Shown here in pieces: positions 59,558-64,000 of a stretch of DNA of 64,000 nt. The stretch is from a virus, in the IMG/VR virus record IMGVR_UViG_3300020474_000007, positions 10,498 through 74,497 of that record; one strand, written 5' to 3'. Position 1 is the stretch's first letter. Each line of letters starts with the position of its first letter. The notes beneath the pieces were generated by a model. That model was not told the origin of the DNA and ran no database searches. It was given only the letters and a program-made list of their open reading frames with translations. The position numbers were made by a program, and so were the translations under genes.

Positions 59558-59631
59558 TTTTTAACTTCCGTGCTGCCCCTAGTGTTTTTAGGCACATAGG
59601 GGCAGTTCTTAAATCCACCATCACAATAGAG
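59554..59631 (-). pseudogene. start-less remnant of a small Cys-rich gene (LYCDGGFKNCPYVPKNTRGSTEVKK*)
   Basis: Resembles, from memory, the CCxxGCxxCPY (DUF5522-type) C-terminus. An in-frame stop lies 3 codons upstream and there is no start. Ends in an ATGA overlap. Confidence 0.45.
59573..59605. other. GC-rich stem-loop downstream of the DUF1559 gene
   Basis: CTGCCCCT (59573-59580) pairs with AGGGGCAG (59598-59605), with further inner pairing. There is no U-tract on the - strand. Confidence 0.55.
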
Positions 59632-59633
59632 GT

Positions 59634-60593
59634 TTAGTCAATGGTTCCTACTTCTCCACCAGCACGGGTAATAGCACCAGCGAAAACTCTCAAGTCTACG
59701 TTATCATTCACAGTTCTAGTAGAACCATCTGCATATACCGTATTCATAACACCCGGATGCATACTGTATGCTTCGCCATCATTAATAACGTTAAATGGTA
59801 CATTTCCAGCACAGCTTTTGCACTTGTCGCCATTGGCATCAACGCCGTGTAGTTTAAATGGCCCAAGACTGTCAGCCCATCCAATACACTGGTTAGTATC
59901 ACCTGTTGGAGACCTACCATTACTAGACTTATAAACATCAGGTCTACTTGCACACTCTACAATCATAAGAGTATTAGAAAAACCATCTCTAATATGTCCA
60001 TCTCTAGTAACAGCATCTTTTACAAGACAACCTTTAGTATGTTCACCCTTTGTTGCATAGGGATCAGGTGCAGGAAAGATCTTATCCTTAACACCAGTAA
60101 ATACTTCATAATCTGTATATCCAAGATTATTAGGATTTAAACTTGGTGCAGCACTGTCATCATCCCTACTAGGCCCATCAACATTAGCATAACCACCAGC
60201 AGGAGGAACTGCTGTTGGGCATATAAATACAGATGCATTTAAAGTAATAGCTTGAGTATTCTCCCACCAGTTTTTATTAAAGTCATAACCAGTGTTACCT
60301 TGTTCTAGATTAGAAAGAACAAACGCTCTCCAACTATGCTCTGTACCAGAACGATTGCCAGTGGTAGATTTTCCAGCAGAATCTATAGTCCATGCAGCAG
60401 CAGGGAAGTATCTCTGTGCATCCATATAGGTATGCATAGCAAGACCTTGTTGCTTTAAATTATTCGCACACGACATTCTTCTAGCAGCTTCTCTAGCTTG
60501 CTGTACAGCGGGAAGTAAAAGACCAACGAGAACGCCAATAATGGCAATGACCACAAGCAGTTCGATAAGTGTAAAACCTTTGCGTTTAAACAT
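59634..60593 (-). CDS. DUF1559 family prepilin-type N-terminal cleavage/methylation protein with H-X9-DG motif
   Basis: KG|FTLIELLVVIAIIGVLVGLLLPAVQQAREAARRMSCANNLKQ and C-terminal SMHPGVMNTVYADGS. Start ATG 60593 with AAAGGA RBS. Confidence 0.95.
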   Translation of the reverse strand: MFKRKGFTLIELLVVIAIIGVLVGLLLPAVQQAREAARRMSCANNLKQQGLAMHTYMDAQRYFPAAAWTIDSAGKSTTGNRSGTEHSWRAFVLSNLEQGNTGYDFNKNWWENTQAITLNASVFICPTAVPPAGGYANVDGPSRDDDSAAPSLNPNNLGYTDYEVFTGVKDKIFPAPDPYATKGEHTKGCLVKDAVTRDGHIRDGFSNTLMIVECASRPDVYKSSNGRSPTGDTNQCIGWADSLGPFKLHGVDANGDKCKSCAGNVPFNVINDGEAYSMHPGVMNTVYADGSTRTVNDNVDLRVFAGAITRAGGEVGTID

Positions 60594-60659
60594 ATCGTGA
60601 TTCCTTTTCAATAGGTAGGATATTTAAGGTGGGGACACACTATGTGCCTTTAATACCTT

Positions 60660-60669
60660 ATTATACCCC
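60660..60669 (-). promoter_or_regulatory. putative promoter GGGGTATAAT for the DUF1559 gene
   Basis: Lies in the largest intergenic gap of the - arm; one mismatch to GTGTATAAT. Confidence 0.4.
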
Positions 60670-60700
60670 TTGTCCATTTATAAACAGTGTTAGGATTATA

Positions 60701-61813
60701 TTAAAATAACTCTTTAATTTTATCGTATACAAATGCTGCTATATCAGGGTTATTATTCAAAAACTCAGCTAAGTTGTTAGCACCTTGAAATTTAAAGAAT
60801 CTCTCAATATCCTCTTCTTTGCTTGATATCTCATTTTTCTTTAAGATATCTTGTACAATCTTATTGTCTAGATCGTCAATTGCGCATTGCACTGTGTACC
60901 AAGCTCCAGCTGTTTTTATAAGCCTAAACTCACACGCAATTTGTACTACTTCTTGAACTTCATCTAGCCCAATACCGTAACGAATCCAGCTTTCTGCTGT
61001 GCTATTAGGTGTACCTCCAGCACACGATGTCTTTATATTCCAGTTAGCTATTTGCCCAACGTGTGGACCAGTATCTTTTGGCACTTGCCATCTTCCGCGA
61101 TGGGTGATTACCATGTTAGTTCCCGCTTGATACTGAAGCATGTTGCCACAATCAGCCATTTTAGATGGAGCGTATGGAGAGCCTCCAGTGTTTGCAATAT
61201 TATGAGTGATGCAAACAAGGATGGTTTTATTCTTCATCAACGTGCCACTAATTCTTTTAAAGAACATAGAGAGTAGTCTTGGTAAAGCGTTACGCACACC
61301 AGTTCTTACCTCTCCATCTAGTTCTACTTGGGGGACCATATTTGATAAAGAGTCTGTGATTATTAAAGCGCCCGGATCATTATTAATATAGTATTCTACA
61401 ATATTTAAAAAATCTTCTGCCGATAGGATCTTATCATCCGTAGATTGTACAATTAAGATACCTTCAGGATCTAGACCTTTGATGCCATCAAAGTTTTGTT
61501 TCGATAGTCTACCTTCTGTGTTTAGATAAATAACACGCTTACCCTTAGCTTGACACTTAGCAGCAAAATGCAAAGCCGTAGTCGTTTTACCAGACTTAGG
61601 ATCTCCTGTCATGACAACTACAGATCCCTCACGCAAGCCACCCCCAAGTGCAATATCTAATGCTGGTGATATGCCAACAACTTCTAACTGGTTTATATTT
61701 TCTAGCACTTCAGTCCCAGTGCTTACAACGTCACCATATTTACCAACAACAGAATTACTTACAACATCTGTGTCGAACTTGTTAGATACTTTTCTCTTCT
61801 TAACTTTACTCAT
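60701..61813 (-). CDS. recA: RecA/UvsX-like recombinase
   Basis: SPALDIALGGG, Walker A GDPKSGKTT, Walker B IITDSL, AGAWY. Confidence 0.9.
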   Translation of the reverse strand: MSKVKKRKVSNKFDTDVVSNSVVGKYGDVVSTGTEVLENINQLEVVGISPALDIALGGGLREGSVVVMTGDPKSGKTTTALHFAAKCQAKGKRVIYLNTEGRLSKQNFDGIKGLDPEGILIVQSTDDKILSAEDFLNIVEYYINNDPGALIITDSLSNMVPQVELDGEVRTGVRNALPRLLSMFFKRISGTLMKNKTILVCITHNIANTGGSPYAPSKMADCGNMLQYQAGTNMVITHRGRWQVPKDTGPHVGQIANWNIKTSCAGGTPNSTAESWIRYGIGLDEVQEVVQIACEFRLIKTAGAWYTVQCAIDDLDNKIVQDILKKNEISSKEEDIERFFKFQGANNLAEFLNNNPDIAAFVYDKIKELF

Positions 61814-62307
61814 AAATCCCTCAACTTATTTAGTGTACTTTTTTTATTTCCGTATTGCTTTGATCTTGCTTTTAATGGTTTTTGTTTAACTTCTTCAACT
61901 GGCTGACTCTCCTGTTTTGCTGTTGCTTCGGACGCTTTCACAATAGCTTTGAACTCTTTATCATACCTCTTTATCGCTTCAATTGCAAGTGGATTATATT
62001 TCCACCCTCTAGGTCCGTAACATTTTAGACCTACATGATAAATCTTATTAAAGTGTTTAGATCTAATTGCTGCGAATATGGTCGCGTCATCATACTTTTT
62101 TCTGAGAGACTTTGCTGCTCGCATATTTCTCTCGTACATTTCTTGATACTTACCGGGGATTTTCCAAAATTCATTTGGAGGTTTATCCATTTTGAATTCA
62201 TCAGTCCAACGGATAATTAACCACTCTGCAATGTAATCTTCAAATGTGCAATAACCTTCAGCAGTTATTCTTTTATAAGTGTTCTTCTTCGTTCGTTTCT
62301 TTGTCAT
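61810..62307 (-). CDS. basic hypothetical protein
   Basis: 165-aa ORF with ATGA coupling to recA. Confidence 0.65.
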   Translation of the reverse strand: MTKKRTKKNTYKRITAEGYCTFEDYIAEWLIIRWTDEFKMDKPPNEFWKIPGKYQEMYERNMRAAKSLRKKYDDATIFAAIRSKHFNKIYHVGLKCYGPRGWKYNPLAIEAIKRYDKEFKAIVKASEATAKQESQPVEEVKQKPLKARSKQYGNKKSTLNKLRDL

Positions 62308-62728
62308 TATAAATTAGCGCCTCTTCAAAACAATTTTCAACAGGATCTTTATCGGAATATACTTCAATTAAATCTGGCGTAGAAAAAGATGTTTTATGGA
62401 CAAAACCATTAACTAGACTACCCAATATTATACAATAAGTTGTGTCTGACGCAAGAGATCCTTTAACACCTTTAACTATGTAAATAGCTTCAGAATCTTT
62501 CGTGTCTATAGAAATTTCATGAGACCTGAATCTAACAGCAACATCTTTAATATAAAGTTTGTTTCTTGTGCAAAACTTTTTAATTTCTTTAACATCCCCA
62601 TCCTGCCTAAAATAGATCTTAGTCCCATTAGACATAGTGCAAACCACAACGGTAATATTTCCGTATTGACCAAAATCTTCGTTACACAATTTTCTCCACT
62701 GTTCTTCGCCAACGATAATACTAGTCAT
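62273..62728 (-). CDS. hypothetical protein
   Basis: 151-aa ORF with overlapping operon junctions. Confidence 0.65.
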   Translation of the reverse strand: MTSIIVGEEQWRKLCNEDFGQYGNITVVVCTMSNGTKIYFRQDGDVKEIKKFCTRNKLYIKDVAVRFRSHEISIDTKDSEAIYIVKGVKGSLASDTTYCIILGSLVNGFVHKTSFSTPDLIEVYSDKDPVENCFEEALIYNDKETNEEEHL

Positions 62729-63017
62729 GTTTAATTTTTCTTACACAAGACGGGTTCAATGTAGGTCTTCTTCTTTTTGCATCAGATATTGTCGATGCAT
62801 TTTCTGTCATTACGGTAGATCCTTTTTTGCTGATAAATTGTTCACCAGCTGTAATCGCAGTACTAGAACTTTTCTTCAAGAATGTTTTTTTGATATAAGC
62901 TTCTAGAGACTTCTGCGTTCTATCTAAATCTGCTGCAAGTTCTTCAATGTCTAATTCTTGCCAATGATGTTCAATGTAAAATCTTTCTGCTTTACTGAAT
63001 GGTCCTTTTTTAGCCAT
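62721..63017 (-). CDS. small HTH-like protein
   Basis: FSKAERFYI...DIEELAADLDRTQKSLEAYI. Confidence 0.6.
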   Translation of the reverse strand: MAKKGPFSKAERFYIEHHWQELDIEELAADLDRTQKSLEAYIKKTFLKKSSSTAITAGEQFISKKGSTVMTENASTISDAKRRRPTLNPSCVRKIKHD

Positions 63018-63366
63018 TTAAGTGGTTCCTTTGTGCTTGAGTATAGTATATCTTATTTCCTGTTTCAAGATACTTAATGTAGTTCTCAAATGTTTTCTTA
63101 CTAGCGTTGGAAAGGCGTAGATCAATCCTGTTTTCCCTATGACTGTCTGCACCTTTTTGGTCGTATATAATATTGTTATAAGTCAATATCTTATATTTGT
63201 ATTGCTTGTTGCCATGCCCCAAATTTATTACAGTGTTTTCTGCAAAAGCTTTATCATCTTCTGACAATGTTACTAGACCCTTTTTGTTATACTGTGTAGT
63301 AACAGAAGTTTTCTGTTGATCCTCTCCTGTTTGCCTTATAAACACGGAGTTAGTTTCATCATTCAT
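63010..63366 (-). CDS. hypothetical protein
   Basis: 118-aa ORF in the operon. Confidence 0.6.
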   Translation of the reverse strand: MNDETNSVFIRQTGEDQQKTSVTTQYNKKGLVTLSEDDKAFAENTVINLGHGNKQYKYKILTYNNIIYDQKGADSHRENRIDLRLSNASKKTFENYIKYLETGNKIYYTQAQRNHLNG

Positions 63367-63704
63367 TTCTTTCCCTCCATTATGTATTTCGTTTTTTGTT
63401 CTGTAGACATGTTATTAATTTGACTCCTCATTGACTGCTTCTCTTTTGCGGCTTTTTTGTCTCTGCTTTTATGTTCTATTTCTGATCTTTCATAATTTCC
63501 CATCTTAGACCAGTTACTATCCGCTTGACTTCCAACTGTACCTGAACTGTTCTTCATAAAAGAACCAAGCCCACCACATGGTATTCTTTCTAAAGAATGT
63601 TTACCACATGATGGGCATTTAGTCAATGCTTCATCGTGAATAGATTGTTTAACATCCTTTAGAGTCTTACCACAACTGTGGCATCCATAGTCGTATAACA
63701 TCAA
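63363..63704 (-). CDS. FmdB-family Zn-ribbon protein
   Basis: YDYGCHSCG...QSIHDEALTKCPSCG...LERI. Confidence 0.8.
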   Translation of the reverse strand: MMLYDYGCHSCGKTLKDVKQSIHDEALTKCPSCGKHSLERIPCGGLGSFMKNSSGTVGSQADSNWSKMGNYERSEIEHKSRDKKAAKEKQSMRSQINNMSTEQKTKYIMEGKK

Positions 63705-64000
63705 CTCTCCAGTGCGTACAATACTGCTCCTATAATTCCATTCCTCTGTATATCATGATACTCTAATTTTGAAATTCCGACACCAGAAACATCAGATAAT
63801 CTCTCAATACAGAAATCCAATCCGCTATCTCTATATATATCTGTCTGTTTATTATCCCCATTAATTAACGCTTTGGAGTGTTTACCCATTCTAGTTACGA
63901 ACATTTTTATTTGTTCTAGTGTACAATTTTGAGCCTCATCAAGTATCATGTATGCGTCATGAAAAGTAGAACCTCTCATAGTTTCTAAAGGTTCAAATCT
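63701..64000 (-). CDS. phoH: PhoH-like ATPase (C-terminal part; runs off the window)
   Basis: PLETMRGSTF, ILDEAQN, TRMG, GDNKQTD, DIQRN. The frame is open to position 64000. Confidence 0.92.
   Translation of the reverse strand, partial: RFEPLETMRGSTFHDAYMILDEAQNCTLEQIKMFVTRMGKHSKALINGDNKQTDIYRDSGLDFCIERLSDVSGVGISKLEYHDIQRNGIIGAVLYALES

Noticed and set aside
1-64000. tRNA/rRNA genes, integrase, transposase, reverse transcriptase/DGR, alternative genetic code
   Set aside because: Intergenic gaps are short (about 110 nt or less) with no cloverleaf seen, and no such protein motifs were recognised. Genes tile densely under the standard code with all three stop codons used.

Overview
This window is part of a large, AT-rich tailed dsDNA phage genome with two convergent arms that meet at a hairpin terminator (about 37271-37305). 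The + arm (1-37268) is a virion morphogenesis module. It has neck/tail-completion genes, a probable tail tube, probable assembly chaperones and a 2045-aa tape measure protein. It also has a 4337-aa adhesin-like protein (N-terminal blue-copper motif, Thr-rich stalk, LamG-like region, seven FG-GAP blades) and tail-tip proteins. No tail sheath is recognisable here. The - arm (37304-64000) carries replication and recombination genes: PhoH (partial), RecA, DnaB, DnaG, dNMP kinase, a RecB/Cas4-like nuclease, SSB and a Rad52-like annealer. Its DnaE is split into two genes with a DEDDh exonuclease gene between them. The arm also has about ten glycosyl-, methyl- and nucleotidyltransferase-like genes, a PAP2 phosphatase, and a Planctomycetota-type DUF1559 prepilin-like gene that suggests a planctomycete host. 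The strongest leads are: (1) the phage-borne DUF1559 pilin-like cassette, (2) the intein-less three-gene Pol III, (3) a possible virion O-glycosylation system (Ser-Gly and Thr-rich targets plus the transferase cluster), (4) a nuclease-like module between repeats inside the tape measure protein, and (5) apparent avoidance of CCWGG. All family calls come from motif recognition by eye; no searches were run.
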